From: Podarcis liolepis
Taxonomy: Eukaryota
Direction: 5' to 3' (one strand)
DNA: 64,000 nt
NCBI GenBank assembly: GCA_965112155.1
Contig: OZ218104.1
Below the pieces are notes generated by a model, which was given only the letters and a program-made list of their open reading frames with translations, made no database searches and was not told the origin of the DNA. The translations under genes were made by a program, and so were the position numbers. The number at the start of each line of letters is the position of its first letter. Within the stretch, counting starts at the first letter, position 1. Below are positions 11,830 to 25,195 of the stretch, piece by piece.

Positions 11830-12042
11830 CTGGTCCTTCTTGTTGTCTGAATTCATGGCAAGGGGTTTATAGGTGACTTCATATGGCTTGTTTTGCTGGT
11901 GGGCTTCTACCCTAATGAACTCTGGACCCTTCCATTGCTCCCCTTCAATGATTGGCCGCAGGGTCCATGCCTGGTTGGTCTTGTTGGATAACATAATGGT
12001 CTGTGTGTGCTTTGCCCGCACCTGACATGTGAAATTCACCAC
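11830..12042 (-). CDS. HYDIN: HYDIN exon (approx. 81)
   Basis: GT-AG; VVNFTCQVRA...NKKDQ. Confidence 0.93.
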
Positions 12043-12709
12043 CTGAAGAGTGAAAGGAGGGGACGGAGAGTGTCATAGTTTTTTCCCATATGGTCAACAC
12101 ACTTGACTTCTGAACATGTTCCAGGTGGTTTTAGCACATTCAAAACCAGGCTGTCCAAGCCTCCTTTTCTTCAGAGCTGTTTCGGTACTGGTTTCCTGAA
12201 TTTCACCTTGCTAAATAATTTCCCTTCACAAAGAGGAAAAAGCTCTCCAGGGCAGTTGACTGAAGATGGGAATTACACTGGGGAAGCAAGAGTTCCAGTG
12301 CACCATCTCAAAGAAAAAATAAATGGGTGGGACTGGAGGTGGTGGGGTTGTTGCCAGTCCTTCATAGTCTGCAGTCACTTAACCTTGGGCCCTCAGATGT
12401 TCCTGGACTCTACCTCCAATCAGCTGTAGTCAGTAGAGCCAGAAGTCGAAAGATGATGTGAGTTGTAGTCCAACAGCATCTAGAGGGCACCCAGTTGGGG
12501 AAGGCTGGCTTAGAGCTCAAGAACCTACAAAGCACATCTTCCCCCAAGCACAGAAACATTTGCAACTGGTATTTTATCACTGGGGGACATTTTGAAAACA
12601 TTTGAGTTACTACACCTGTATTACTCCTTATTTGGTAATTCAGGGATAGCAACAACATGGTGTCCTCCAAATACTGCTACAATTTCCATTATGCATGGCC
12701 ATCAGCTAT

Positions 12710-12809
12710 GCCCTCCAGATGTTTTGGGACTACAACTCCCATCACCCCTAGCTAACAGGACCAGTGGTCAGGGATGATGGGAATTGTATTCCCAAAACAT
12801 CTGGAGGGC
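12710..12809. mobile_element. Palindromic hAT-type MITE core
   Basis: GCCCTCCAGATGTTTTGGGACTACAACTCCCATCA...TGATGGGAATTGTATTCCCAAAACATCTGGAGGGC; nearly identical to 42048-42146. Confidence 0.8.
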
Positions 12810-13131
12810 CAAATAAAAAGTGTGTGTTGCAGGTTATTATGGCAAGGGTGGAAATACCCACATCTGACCTTTATTTTTTAATAAACAGAAAAGAGCAACT
12901 AAAAGGAGAGTGCTGGGACATGGCCAGATGGGGGGAGGGGGGTGGAAGGATAACTGTATTTCAGTTTTGCATGGTAGTTCAGGGAGTGCAAATCTCAGAG
13001 GTTTCACATCCAAGCCTGATACAAACACATTAATCCTCTGCCCAAATATGCAAATACAGCTTCAGAGAGTGGCTAGTCACATGTGAGACCTGCCATCCCA
13101 CAAAAACAGTCCTGTTGAGGAGGTTTTGTAC

Positions 13132-13351
13132 CTCTTTGACCTGGGGGACTCCCACACAGCATCCGGTGAGCATGAGCTTGAGTGGTTCTCTGCCTTGGAT
13201 GTGACATTGGAGGTTCTCATAGCAGATGTCCTGGCTCTGCTCACAGGGGTGGAAAGTCACTTCAAAGAAGACGTCCGTTCCTGGGGAAATGTAGCCTTCC
13301 ACTGGCCTAATGGAGAAGTCTGGCTTGAAGCGCTTGGCGTCCCATTTAAAT
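13132..13351 (-). CDS. HYDIN: HYDIN exon (approx. 80)
   Basis: GT-AG (AAG acceptor); FKWDAKRFKP...PQVKE. Confidence 0.92.
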
Positions 13352-14029
13352 CTTTTCACAAAAAGAAAAAGAAGCATTTCAGCAGAAAGGTGGAGGACAA
13401 CCCAGAAAGCCCCTTTGCTCTCGTTTCCTCCATGCTTCCTTTCCTTGTGCCTTCATTTCAAGAGGCACATTTGGAAGAGAAAGACAGGAGGCCGACCTGG
13501 GAGGCTGAAGACCAAACCCACTGGCTGCAGATTGCTGATCTTTAGTGCTGAGAGTTGCTGCCATGCAGGGAATTAGAGGTACACAATCTATTAGAGATCC
13601 CTCCATTGGGGTTGGGAAAACACACATTTTGGATTAGCCCTTCTGAAGATGGTTGGTGCACCACGGAAGGGCTACAGAGAGGAATTACTGAAAAGGGGTT
13701 GATGCAGCGACAACCCCCTAGTGACAAAGACAGTGGGAGGTGATGGGGGAAGGATAACAGGACTGGAAGGAGAGTCAAGGGCATTGCCCTAACAGAATCC
13801 TGGGTTACTCAAAAACGTGCAAAAAATTTTACCAGCGGAAGCTGGCCCAGTGAACATGGATTTACTGTCCTGTTTCCTCTCTGTTTTGTTTTGCCTTTGA
13901 CACCTCTGGAACAAGTGAATGGCCACTTAAGCCAGGACTTGAAGGGAGGAAGACCAGCCTTGTGGAGCATAAAGGATTGTGGAGTGGGGTGGAGAGGGAA
14001 ACTCAGCCAGAAAGACTTTCTCTGTTTAC

Positions 14030-14310
14030 CCCACGCCGATGTCTCCTGTGTTCTGCATCATGATGCGACGGGAAGCCTGGCTTCGTAGCACCACTGCTCC
14101 AAAAGGGACATGATCCTGGTCCAGACTGACTTCGATGCCCTGGCTGCAGCCTTGCACCACAAAGAGGGAGCGCAGGATCCCGTGGCACTCAAGCAGGACC
14201 TCCTCTTTGAACGGCAGGATGCGGCTCTTCGGGGCAAAAGTCAACTCCACGTGGCATGTGCCTTCTTTGGGCTTCAGGGTTATTTCATTGCATGGAGTCA
14301 TGGAAAGAAT
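14030..14310 (-). CDS. HYDIN: HYDIN exon (approx. 79)
   Basis: GT-AG; ILSMTPCNEI...NTGDIGVG. Confidence 0.92.
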
Positions 14311-14799
14311 CTGTCAAAGAGAGATGGGACTGAACACTCCCTGGACCAGACATTGCCCCACATAACTCCAAGGGGCTGCTTTTCTCCAGCAAGTCTGGTA
14401 GGTTTGGTGGCTAAGGTTGCCACTTTTTTCTCTGGCAGAACAGCTGCATAACAGGCAAATGTATGGCTTTTGCACTATGAATATGTAATTAGTGAAGGGC
14501 AAGCTCTTCCTGGATTGATTTAGAATGGACCTACCTCAAACAAATTAAACTTGAGTCCCATTCTGAGGTAACACCCTCTCATGTTCCTGATAAACAGGCC
14601 TGGAACCCCCACCTCAAGGCTTCACTTTTTTCCAAACTCACTTGCAAAATGTTGCAATTTGGAGGACTTAACCTTATTCCCAGTGCAAAGATTCATGGGA
14701 GATGTAGTTCCATGGCTCTTGGTGCCCTAGTAGACCCATCAGGATCCATGGATACTACATACTTCACAGAACACTAGGATGTCTTTTCAACAACTGCTA

Positions 14800-15025
14800 A
14801 TTGTCTGTGCTTTTCTGTAATTCATTTCCCTCTAACCTCCCTGCACTTCCTCCACATGTCAAACATATACTGTACCTCTAACTCAGGATAACAGTTCACG
14901 CATCTGATGAAGTGGACTGTAGTTCACCTCAGCTTAAGCCATAATAAATGTGTCAGTCTTGAAGATTACACAATACTCTTTGTTCTTTTCACTGCAACAA
15001 TCTAGCATGGCTACCCCTCTGGAAC
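14800..15025 (+). mobile_element. Old Penelope-like pLTR remnant with decayed hammerhead
   Basis: GCAT-CTGATGA-A-GTGGAC-TGTA-GTTCAC-(CTCA in place of GAAA)-GCTT, then AATAAA and a tail ending GGCTACCCCTCTG like the 39.5 kb copy; boundaries approximate. Confidence 0.6.
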
Positions 15026-16154
15026 TGGGAAAAGTAGCTCCCATGGATCCTGACGATGCTAATAAGGACATCTTTGGGAACTAAAGCTCCCAGGGGCCCT
15101 TATGCCTAGGATACTGCTATAGCTATATCCAAAGTCTAAAGGACCAATGAAATCTTCCTGATGCAAACATAGCTATTTGGTGATCTTAGATTGGAGGCAG
15201 TTGTGTCAAGGAGGGTCAACACTGGGCTGAACCTCAGAGGGGAGATGGATTCTATCTAAAATAGGTATGAATTTTCATAACTGTGAAATGTGATATCCAA
15301 ACAAACAACTCAGTTATAAACTTTGACACCCTTACTAGGTAGGACAGACAGTGCTTCGTATTTCTCCTTATGCAGTTGTTAAAGGTCCTGCCAGATAAAT
15401 GGGTAGCAATTCAATTGCCCCAGTAGAGACCAGGCTGCCTGGTCTGCTAGCCAACCATTTTTAGAAATAACCAAACCACTCATATTTCTCATTTTCCTTG
15501 CTTTCCACCAGCATATGGTACTGCTTGAACATGGAGGTTCCATTTAGATCACAAGGCTAATAGAACCAGTCATAATTTCACAGGAGTTCAGTTGAAGAAA
15601 AAACTAAGTTATAACATTAGTCTGCATAAAATATACCTGAAGTTGTTCAAACCCAGTTCAAAGTGCCCAAACTGGAGCAGAATCCAAGTTTTGCCAGAGT
15701 TCTCCCCTCCTAAGGTAACCAACTACAAAAGCCATCCAGGCTTGCCATGTGTTGTCAAAAGGAGAGGAAAGCCAGAAAATACATTATGTTTGGGAGGGCC
15801 CTCTTTGGTGAGAGTTTGTCTGGTTTAGCTTTGGCAGTGTTCCAGAAGCCAAATTTGACTGGTAAGACATTTTTTGTTAATGATTCTGCTATGCAATAGC
15901 ATTTCTTCCTTCACTCAAAATAGAGTCAGGTGAACAATATCCAAGTCTTAACTTTTCTGAGCTAATAATGGATTGTAGCCTTACTTATTAATCTGAATTC
16001 TTTCTCAGCGATTTCGCATATGCAATCCTACGGGGGTGTGTGTGTTTAAACCACTGAAATTAGAAATGCTTCACAATATTAAGAACACAATCCCTTATGT
16101 TAGAATGACTGGTGGTGCAGGGGGTTCCATGGCAGGAGAGGGGGGGACCCTTAC

Positions 16155-16313
16155 CTTCTGTTCCTGCAACTCTGAAGCAGAGTACATGAAATTAAGGTTG
16201 AAGGTGACAAAAGTGACACTGCGGTTCACTATCGTCACCATCTTCTTCACACTGTGCCCTGGAGGTACAGCTCCAAATTTCAGCACTTTGTTGTGAGGTT
16301 CTGTAACCTCTAT
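16155..16313 (-). CDS. HYDIN: HYDIN exon (approx. 78)
   Basis: GT-AG; IEVTEPHNKV...LQEQK. Confidence 0.92.
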
Positions 16314-17313
16314 CTGTGGGCAAAGAAAACACACAGTGGGAACTGAAATGGAGCAGGAAAAAGAGGTAAGAAAATGGCACAGGCTAGTGTGATGAAGGGT
16401 CCATATAACAATGAGATGTGAGGACAAAATGACAGCAGGAGAGTGCATGAAAGGCTCAAGGATGAGAAAACAACATTGTCTTTTAGGAAAAAAACAGCAG
16501 GTGAGCGATTATGCTGAAAGCAGAAAAAACTCAAAAAAATTGTGCCTTCATGATGTCTGGATTGCCCTGAAGAAGCTGCTGATGCTCCTTTCAGATGCCT
16601 CAGATGCCTCCTTTCAGATGCCTGTCTCCTTCCAAGATCTCCAGATTTCCTTCAGTGATGGAAAGTCAAACTCCTCACCATTTCCCTCTGGCCTAGCATG
16701 TCACCAAGCAGAGGTGGAGAATGTACTGGGCAACAGCTCCTGCAGTCCTTGAGCACTGGTCCGGCTGGCTGCTGGAGGATGGGGCACAGATGATCCCCAT
16801 CCCTGTCGTGAACATCTATCCTCCTTCCAGTGTGAGCTTTGGATATCCCTGACTGCGATGCAATGTTGTTTCAGAAGTGCCTAATTCAACAATCTCATAT
16901 TCAGCCCAGGGAGGGAACTTTCAAGAGTTCCAACCATGTTGCTTTGCTCCTACCCTGTCTGCAACCACTTTCCTGTCACTGTAGGTTCTGCCCCACTCTG
17001 CACACCTCAGTTAATGACCATGTCAGTGCTAACTCTTCTATCTCGATGTAAAAATTGAGAAGCAGCCTCTGCTTGTTTGGAGGATCTTTTTCTTGCTTTC
17101 AACTTAGATTTGACTTTACAAACCCAACAAATGCAAGGCTGAAGGAAGCCAATTCAATAAAGATAAATAAGATGCAGCTCCTAGAAAAACATCCCATTTG
17201 CCTAAAGAGTAACATATTTGAGCTGCATCTTATAAGAGACACAAAAGCTGAAGTCTTAATTTGGCCTCTCTGGCTGTGGAGCCCAGAGGTCCAGGACGCT
17301 CACTCAGTCTCAC

Positions 17314-17512
17314 CTTCATCTCAATGCCCTTCCCGAAGACCTCAATATTACGCTGCAAGACCCCATTGATTTCAAAGGTGATGACCTCATGGTAGGAAAT
17401 GGCCTCGCGGGGATAGAAGGTGATTGGAATCTCTGCCTTTCCTCCAGCACCCAGCACTTCAGCATGGAAACCCACCTCGAGGTAAGCTGTGTTGGTGAAC
17501 AAGCATTCCAGG
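17314..17512 (-). CDS. HYDIN: HYDIN exon (approx. 77)
   Basis: GT-AG; LECLFTNTAY...GIEMK. Confidence 0.92.
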
Positions 17513-18111
17513 CTATGAAGAGGCAGAAGAGACTATCATCAACCTTACAGAGTGGTGGTCATTCTCTCCAGCCACAAAGCCTGCCTGAGCCCCTACTAGG
17601 TTCTAGACTTAGGTGGCACTGATACCACATTTTGAAACAGAAAGATTCTTTCTCCAAAAAGGTGCCTCTGACTCTGAAAGATGAGCAGATTTCCAACAGT
17701 TTGACTTGTGGACCTCAAATATGACTGAAAAAAAGGATTTTTGGAATAAATATCAAGGAGTGCCAGGTTATCTCTTTTCCTGTTTTGTAAGAGTTCTATA
17801 TGTTGCTCAGAAGAAATTTATATTTAAGGTTTAGGTTAATCTTTATGTATACAATGTGACAATTTATACTTTTTACAGCACATTTTAATTGATTTACATG
17901 TTACTGATATGTTCTATGCTGATCTGCCTACCCAGTTAACCTTTTACTTAATCATTTACTTAATTATTTATTAACCTGCCTCATCATTTTGTTTAATTAT
18001 TTAACTTGGGGTTGTAATTATTTGTATACTGTATTATTTGCTTTCTGGTTATAATATCTGTATCACTGACAGCTAAAAGTAGCAGGGTTGCCAATATAGA
18101 TGGTAAAACTA

Positions 18112-18472
18112 CCGTATTTTTTGCCCTATAGGATGCACTTTTCCCCCTCCAAAAATGAAGGGGAAATGTGTGTGCGTCCTATGGGGCGAATGCAGGCTTT
18201 CGCTGAAGCCTGGAGAGCGAGAGGGGTCGGTGTGCACTGACCCCTCTCGCTCTCCAGGCTTCGCGCAGCTCTCCGCAAGCTGTGGGAGCCCGGCGCCGGG
18301 CTCCCACAGCTTGCGGTGAGTTGCCTGTTCTGGGGACTGGGGTCGGGGGAAGCTCAGGCTTCCCCCACCCCAGCCCTGCGCCTGGGGGAAAAATAATTTC
18401 CCCCCCTTTATTCCCCCCCCCAAAATAGGTGCGCCTTATGGTACGGTGTGTCCTATAGGGCGAAAAATACGG
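18112..18472. mobile_element. Tc1/mariner-pogo type MITE
   Basis: TIRs CCGTATTTTTTGCCCTATAGGA / TCCTATAGGGCGAAAAATACGG, TA on both flanks, CpG-rich interior. Confidence 0.88.
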
Positions 18473-18629
18473 TAATTAATTCTGTATCAACTGCCCTGTG
18501 TCATGCCACCTATTTAATCCATGCCACTTATTTGGAATTATTAAGCTACATTTTCAAAAAGCAAATGAGTGTGACAGGGGTTGAACTTCACTGCTCTCTG
18601 TTTTACCCTCTCACTGCCTCCACAATCTC

Positions 18630-18630
18630 C

Positions 18631-18669
<39 letters not shown>
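18630..18669. repeat. (CT)n microsatellite
   Basis: Read directly. Confidence 0.9.
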
Positions 18670-18677
<8 letters not shown>

Positions 18678-19441
18678 TGATCAGCTCTAATGTCAGTTCC
18701 AACTCTCTGTGCTTCTGCTATGTGCATTTTTTCTTGGGCTAATAGCTGCACCGTGCTTTGGGCTTTTGACAAACCAACGCTGTCGCCTCCACTGACAATG
18801 TTGAGGCAAGGCACTGGAACACAAGGGGCCCCTCCCAGGGCAGAGTTGGAGCAGGCAAAGAGAGAGAAGACATGATCCAAAGTGTTGTGTCACACATTCA
18901 TCCCTTCCTGACTGCTAATGTGCCTGTGCAAATGGGGTATCACACATTTGTCAGGTACCACATCAGGGGTGAGGTTTATACTTTCTAAAATTGCCTTCTA
19001 CCTTCAACAAGTGAGGCAGAAAATGGAGGTTGGGACCACTAATGATACCAGCTAGCTCACCCGAAAAAGCCTATCTAAGCAGCTGGAGATCTTCTAATTG
19101 CAACCCCAACAGATGCTGCAGATTGAAAAGTTGACAGGGCTGTGATGCCTCTTAAGGAGAGTCCGCTGACCTAGGTAGCGTATTGATTTGCCCTTTGCTG
19201 ATGGGGCTATATATATTCCCAAGGCAGGCATGGGACTTTGCCTGAGCAATGGTCAATTTGACCTTCCCTGCCTGTGATTCTTGGTTCTGATTCTCCCACC
19301 TTTTGCCTTCCACCCTGCTAGCTCTTTGCTCTGCCTGTAGCCCAACATCACACCACTGCTGGTGCTGTGCGCCTGAATTTACCTCCTGCACATCTGGCAT
19401 GGTGCTCTGTGTCTGCGAGGCACATCATTGGTCCAGCTTAC

Positions 19442-19611
19442 CTTGCATCCTTGGCATCCTTATTCGTGACAGTCAGGATTCGTTTGGAAACGGTCATTCC
19501 ACCTTGGTAGATGAAGCAGCTTCCAAACTCCACTTTGGTGAGGGAGAAATGGATGCTGGGATTCACAGCTGAGCCTTCCAGCAAACAAGTAAATGTTGGT
19601 CCATGGCTGAT
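19442..19611 (-). CDS. HYDIN: HYDIN exon (approx. 76)
   Basis: Absent from the ORF track, translated by hand; ISHGPTFTCL...NKDAKDAS. Confidence 0.92.
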
Positions 19612-19829
19612 CTGTGAGCACAGAGAGAGGCTGCCTCAGAACTGGTCAGATTAGTTGTCAGACTAATATATACTTGGCTAATTTTATTTTTAAGACAATA
19701 TCTGATTGTGCTAGGAGTTCTAAGCTTTATTTTTTCATATCCTTGGTGTAAATATTAAGTGGGTGATCTGAAACCTTCTCGTCAGACAACAGAAGAAACC
19801 CACCGCCACCGACCCTGGGTCTTCCTTAC

Positions 19830-20051
19830 CTGCAGCTTCAGCTCCACATCTTTTAAGGTGCATGGCTTCAGCGGGTGGAAGGACAGCAGGACCTCTGTTC
19901 GATCCCCTGCTTCTACTACTTCATTATTTGGAGAGATGGCAAAATATTGCTGCACTGCTTTGGCAAGGTCAAGTTCCCATGAGAAGTTGAAGTTGAATTT
20001 GCCAGTATTCAGAATATAGAAATGGCACTGAGCATAATCACTGACTTGCAT
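19830..20051 (-). CDS. HYDIN: HYDIN exon (approx. 75)
   Basis: GT-AG; MQVSDYAQCH...ELKLQ. Confidence 0.92.
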
Positions 20052-20161
20052 CTGTCCAGAGCAAAGAGAAGATGCAGCATTAATACTGTTGCAGAACCAC
20101 TGCTTGTTATAGGCTTGTCTTCCTTTGAGCTAGTGGTGCCACCCACACCTTGTTTGGATAG

Positions 20162-21100
20162 TCACTCCAGAAGGATACCATGGTCGATGGTATCAAAAGC
20201 TGCTGAGAGGTCGAGAAAAATTAACAGGGACATGTTTCCCTTGTCTCTCTCTGGATAGAGGTCATCATACAGGGCATCCAAAGAAGTTTCTGTGCCAAAA
20301 TCGGGCCTAAACCCCGATTGAAATGGATCCACAAAATCAGTTTTTTTCCAAAAGTGCCTGAATCTGGTCTGCAATCACTTGCTCCAGAACCTTGTTCAGG
20401 AAAGGGAGATTAGCAACTGGCCGATAGTTCGGTTTTCCGAATCCAGGGAAGGTTTCTTAAGGAATGGTTTTACCACTGCCTCCTTCAAACGGGCAGGGAC
20501 CACCCCCTCTCATAAAGAGGCATTGATCACCTCCCTGGTCCAGCCAACCGTTCTCTCCCTGTTGGTTTTTATCAGCCAAGAGGAGCAACGATCTAGAGTG
20601 CAAGTGGTTGCCCTGACTGATCCAAGCACCTTGTCCACATCCTCAAACCTTACCGACTTATCCAACACAACAGGACTAAGCAGTGCTCTGGACACCCCAT
20701 GAGATTCATCTGCTATAACAGCAGAGTCAAGGTCTTGGTAGATGCAAGTGATTTTATCATCAAAATGCTTTGCAAACAAGTCACAGTGAGCTATCGTTGG
20801 TTCTCCCATCTCCTTTGGGCCAGCCTGTAAAAGGCCCTGTACAACCTGGAAAAGCTCTGCAGGAGGACATAATGAGGATGCAATGGAGGCAGCAAAGTAT
20901 GCTTTCTTTGCTGCCTTCACGACCACTAGGTAGGCTTGATAATGAGCCCTTACCAGTGTTCGGTTGCGTTCATTCGGATCTTTCCTTCACTTGCGTTCAA
21001 GCCGTCTCCCAGCTTGTTTCCTTGCCCTAAGCTCTGGAGTATACCAGGGGGCCAAACAGGCTCCATGAAGTGGGAGAGGGCACTCAGGGGTGATCGTGTC
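20162..21100 (-). mobile_element. L2-clade LINE ORF2 fragment (reverse transcriptase N-terminal part), frameshifted
   Basis: DPFQSGFRPDFGTETSL...LLIFLDLSAAFDTIDHGILL and upstream KAAKKAYFAASIASS...; spread over several frames; right edge approximate. Confidence 0.9.
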
Positions 21101-21498
21101 AGTAACCCAAGCCATTCAGGTGTTAAGAGTCCAATGGCACCCGTGCCCCACCTCTGCACTAGGATCTAAGCTCCACTGAGCTCAGTTTTATTTTTTTTCT
21201 CAAGTTGCATGCATAATACGAGCCTCCTGAAGTGGGAGAGAGAAGGGAATTTGTCACCACCTGGAGTGTTGCCAAAGAGCATCAGAGTACATCTCTGCAA
21301 GGACTCTCACAGTTTGTGACCCTACCTTTCCTACAAATGAATCCACAATGCTGATGCTTAGGGATCTGCTTGGGGATGTTTCCATCAACACAGCTTGCTG
21401 TTAAAGACACTGTTTCTCAAGCCATCACTATGGAAAATTCTGCAAAGTGTTGATGCTTGTTGGAGTCAAGTAGCGATAAGATAATCCTGGGCTCTCAC

Positions 21499-21706
21499 CT
21501 CTTGAAAGCTGATCCGGTGTGGCTGGTCAGGGTCCAGCTCAGTAAGCAAACCACTACTTTCCTGACACTTCACAGACACATTCATGGTGTGGCCAGTGGC
21601 TTTGATGTTCAAACAGAGGGGCTGGCTCTTTCTTTTGACATCACAGATCAAGTTGAAGTTTACCTCGCCCTCCAGGTTAGGCATGAATAAGATGCTAATA
21701 GGAAGC
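21499..21706 (-). CDS. HYDIN: HYDIN exon (approx. 74)
   Basis: GT-AG; LPISILFMPN...ISFQE. Confidence 0.92.
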
Positions 21707-22094
21707 CTGGTGAGAAAACACCACACATTTGGTTGGGGTTGGTTGCACTGAGAAAACTAGTCACAAGGGTAACTGCATCCTGTAAGATGCTGAGCCCTTT
21801 CAACACTGAGGGCTTTTCAAGACCAGTTAACCCCTCATAAACCTGCGGAAAATTGCATGTATGTCAATGCATGCTTTGTGCTAAGCCTGTAGCCAAAATC
21901 CTTCCCTGCAATGCAGAATGTGAAGGGGAGAAGGGGGCCAAAGAACAAGTGCTTTACAGATGATGCCATGGGACCAGAAATACAAGAATCTTATGAAGGG
22001 AATGTCTGGCTCGCTCCCAATCAACAGGGACACCCTGAGTACCAAGAATGTGCCATTCAAGGCACTTGTCATCTAGCTCCACAACCTCCTTTAC

Positions 22095-22242
22095 CTGGAA
22101 CGAGGTGGGATTGAGCCTTCCATGGGCTGCAGTTTTAGACAGCTGATTCGCCCCTCTGAAAAACGAGAGCCTTCTCTGAAGGAAAAATTGTAGGTCTCAT
22201 TCTCATTGTTGATAATGTCGATGCTCTCACGAGCCTCGTGTC
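22095..22242 (-). CDS. HYDIN: HYDIN exon (approx. 73)
   Basis: Translated by hand; HEARESIDII...IPPRSR. Confidence 0.9.
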
Positions 22243-22724
22243 CTTAGCGAGAGAGGAATAGCAACAGATTGCTAGGGTTTGAGTCAGTTTGTTAGAGAGA
22301 ACTCACCGCCTTCCCAATTATATTTACTCAGAATCTTTACTGCCTAAGAGTAAAATGTATTTTCCCCCCAATAAAAACTTACACAAAATGAAACACATTT
22401 ATCATTTAAAATTCACATGTCTCTGAATTTTGCAATGTCAATGCAGTTTTTTAACTATAATATATAAACAAAAATAGATATATTAAAGGGAAATACCATT
22501 TGGTTCCCACCTTGCAAAGTTGATTTCTTTGTGCACCAAAATACTAAAGAATTTTTATGAATATTTGTTTTAAAATTAAATTGCAGAATATGATTAGATT
22601 GCACCATACATTTATACAAATTGTGTGAAATATGGCAAATAGATATTCAGACTGGGAAAATAAGAAACTGAAATGGACAGATACAGCCCCCCCCTCCCGC
22701 GCTGCCTCCCATGTCTGTCCTTAC

Positions 22725-22890
22725 CAATAAGGAGCGAGCGGAAGTTCAGGTGGGATCTCTCCAGATACACAGTAGGGTCCGTGGTGTGGCCAACCAAGAG
22801 GAATGGGACAGAAAGGTTGTGTTCAGGGATTAAGAAAGTCCAAAAGGATTCTGTGGTGTCCAGATGTTGAGGGATGAATTCAAATATGAC
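22725..22890 (-). CDS. HYDIN: HYDIN exon (approx. 72)
   Basis: GT-AG; VIFEFIPQHL...SLLIG. Confidence 0.92.
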
Positions 22891-23001
22891 CTACAGGTAA
22901 AAAGGCAACTGGAAACCTCTGGCACAGCCCTGCTCTTGCTAGTGGCAGTTTTCTACCTCCTTCCCCCTGCCTTTTACTACAATGCTTTCAAAAGTATTTC
23001 A

Positions 23002-23025
23002 ACACACACACACACACACACACAC
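23002..23025. repeat. (AC)n microsatellite
   Basis: Read directly. Confidence 0.9.
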
Positions 23026-23911
23026 CATCACTAAGGACTTCCCCAGTTTTGCAGCCAGCCTCTTCCTTCTCTACTAGGAGGCACTGACTAAAAATATTAT
23101 TAAAACCCCAGGTTTTCCAATAGTCAATAGCTTTCATAGCTCCATTGAGGAACTCTCTTTCTCAGCACTCTCAAGGAACAGCACAGGCCTGCTTCACTTT
23201 ATAAGCAGTTGCTTTGCCCCTGTTTCCACAGTTATGTAGGTCAATAAAGGTTCTTGTTGTTATCGCTGTGTCTTGCTTCATGGAAACCCACCTACACCAG
23301 ATATATTCTTCCCTTTCCATTTCTTGCTCTTAGTGTGGGTCTTGCTGGCAAAATTGTAATACCCATGTTTCCATAGGCCTTTTAAAACAGGGCCTCTTTC
23401 ACTCTTCAGGTCAAGGGCAGTGTGCACTGTAGTAGTTGCTGCCTGCTTAACTTGTAATTTTGCTGTCTGAAGCAATATTTATATATTCTGTCACTTGTGT
23501 TTCCTATAATAAACCAAGCTTTCTTTATTCCTTGGGGTGAGAAGTTATTGTGGGCATGAGGTTAAGGGTTAACACATAACAAGCACATATCATAACTCCA
23601 GCAAAAGATCCTAAACCTATCTTTAGTGTGTGTGTGAATACACATGAGTGCTAGACATGCATGCGGGTTCAAAACACATACTGTTACCAGAATAGATGTG
23701 CTTCTGTGTCGGCTTGCTGGAATAAGAACTACCAGAAGTGGCACATGGAAAAGGTACATGTATATGACACATCCATATATGTCTCGCCCTTTGTTTGTCT
23801 GAATTCCATACTTGCAAGAGGAACAGGCAACCAGGAGCGGCCACAACCTTGCCAAGGAAGACTCAGGCAAGAAATGGTGGTCCTAACTTGGCATTCCCTC
23901 TGCCAACTCAC

Positions 23912-24047
23912 CTCCACTTTTTTCTCTGGCCGGAGCTGGCCTCGCTCCGTAAAGCAGATGAAGGCAGCATAATCTTTGTTCTCCTGCTGCTCACAGACCC
24001 ACTGGAAAGAGTAGGTGGCATTGGTGGGGTTCATGATGGCAAAGCTC
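23912..24047 (-). CDS. HYDIN: HYDIN exon (approx. 71)
   Basis: GT-AG; SFAIMNPTNA...EKKVE. Confidence 0.92.
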
Positions 24048-25195
24048 CTACCCAAGACATGGAAAAAGTGACATCGGAGACATGTTAGGCTGTCAGCTAA
24101 TGGGGGGGGGGGAGTCTAGTTGATTGTTCATCTGTCTTTTAAGAACCCAGTTCAGTAACAAATTGCATTTATGCACTTTTGCATAGCACCAAAGGTCTAG
24201 TGCAAGGATATGTGCTTGGTTTTTGTTTTTTTGTGGTGAAGTACAACACAATTTATTTCTTAAAGCTATCACTCATTTTAGAGAGAAAGACTATTTTTAA
24301 CATTTGATTTTCTTTCCCTTTACAAGTCTTTACAAGCCTATCACAAAGCCACATAAAAAATAAGCAAGTGTGCTTTCATTTTCAGAGTGCTACTGATTAA
24401 AAGTCAGCCCCCACCAGTGAATCAAATAAACTTTAGTTGATTAGTCGACTGATCACATCAATAAAAGCTTGAAGCCTGGATGCAAATAAAAGTGCCTGAT
24501 TCACTAATTCAGCATGTGGGTCACTATCAGCCAGAACTCAAGTTATTGGGTGAAGTTATGAAATTCACACGCTTGAATCCCTGCCTCCTGACTTTTATCA
24601 GATAAGTGACATGCTTTATATGAAGAAAAACAATGGTAAAGGTTCCCAGAAGCCAAAGCATAAACAATAACAAGACCAATTTATTACATCAATAAAGATA
24701 CAGCAAAACAACCCAAATAATATTAATCAGAAGAGGGAACACCAGTTGAATAATCCATTTTGACAAATCTTTTTCAATAGCATCTATTTCCTCAACGGTC
24801 CTTGGAGGCAGTGATAACATCCAGCTACTGAGGATATATTCTTATTCCTCTAGTGCTTTTCTGCTGATAAACATTCTTTTTTCTATGTAGGTGCTTTTGC
24901 ACTGATGCAAAACTTTCAGATGTTAGCAAATGCTTCCAAGGTAGCTGCTTCAGACCCTCTCCAGAGTCATGACTGGCGCTGGTGTGCCACGCAGGAAGGA
25001 GAAATAGCAAAACCGCAGCCGTGGAATAAACTGCTGCACCAGCAGCCCCACCATCCTGGGCACGCAACACTGCCAAAGGGAAAGCAGCTCTCTCGGCTGA
25101 AAGCCCAAGCCCAAGGGATGTTCCCAGTCACTGCTTAGAACACCTATGAGTGTTTGAATGAAGCAGTCAGTGCAAAGAACTGACTGGATACTCAC

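Noticed and set aside
23100-23575. LTR-like stretch with AATAAA motifs
   Set aside because: No definable termini or TSD by eye
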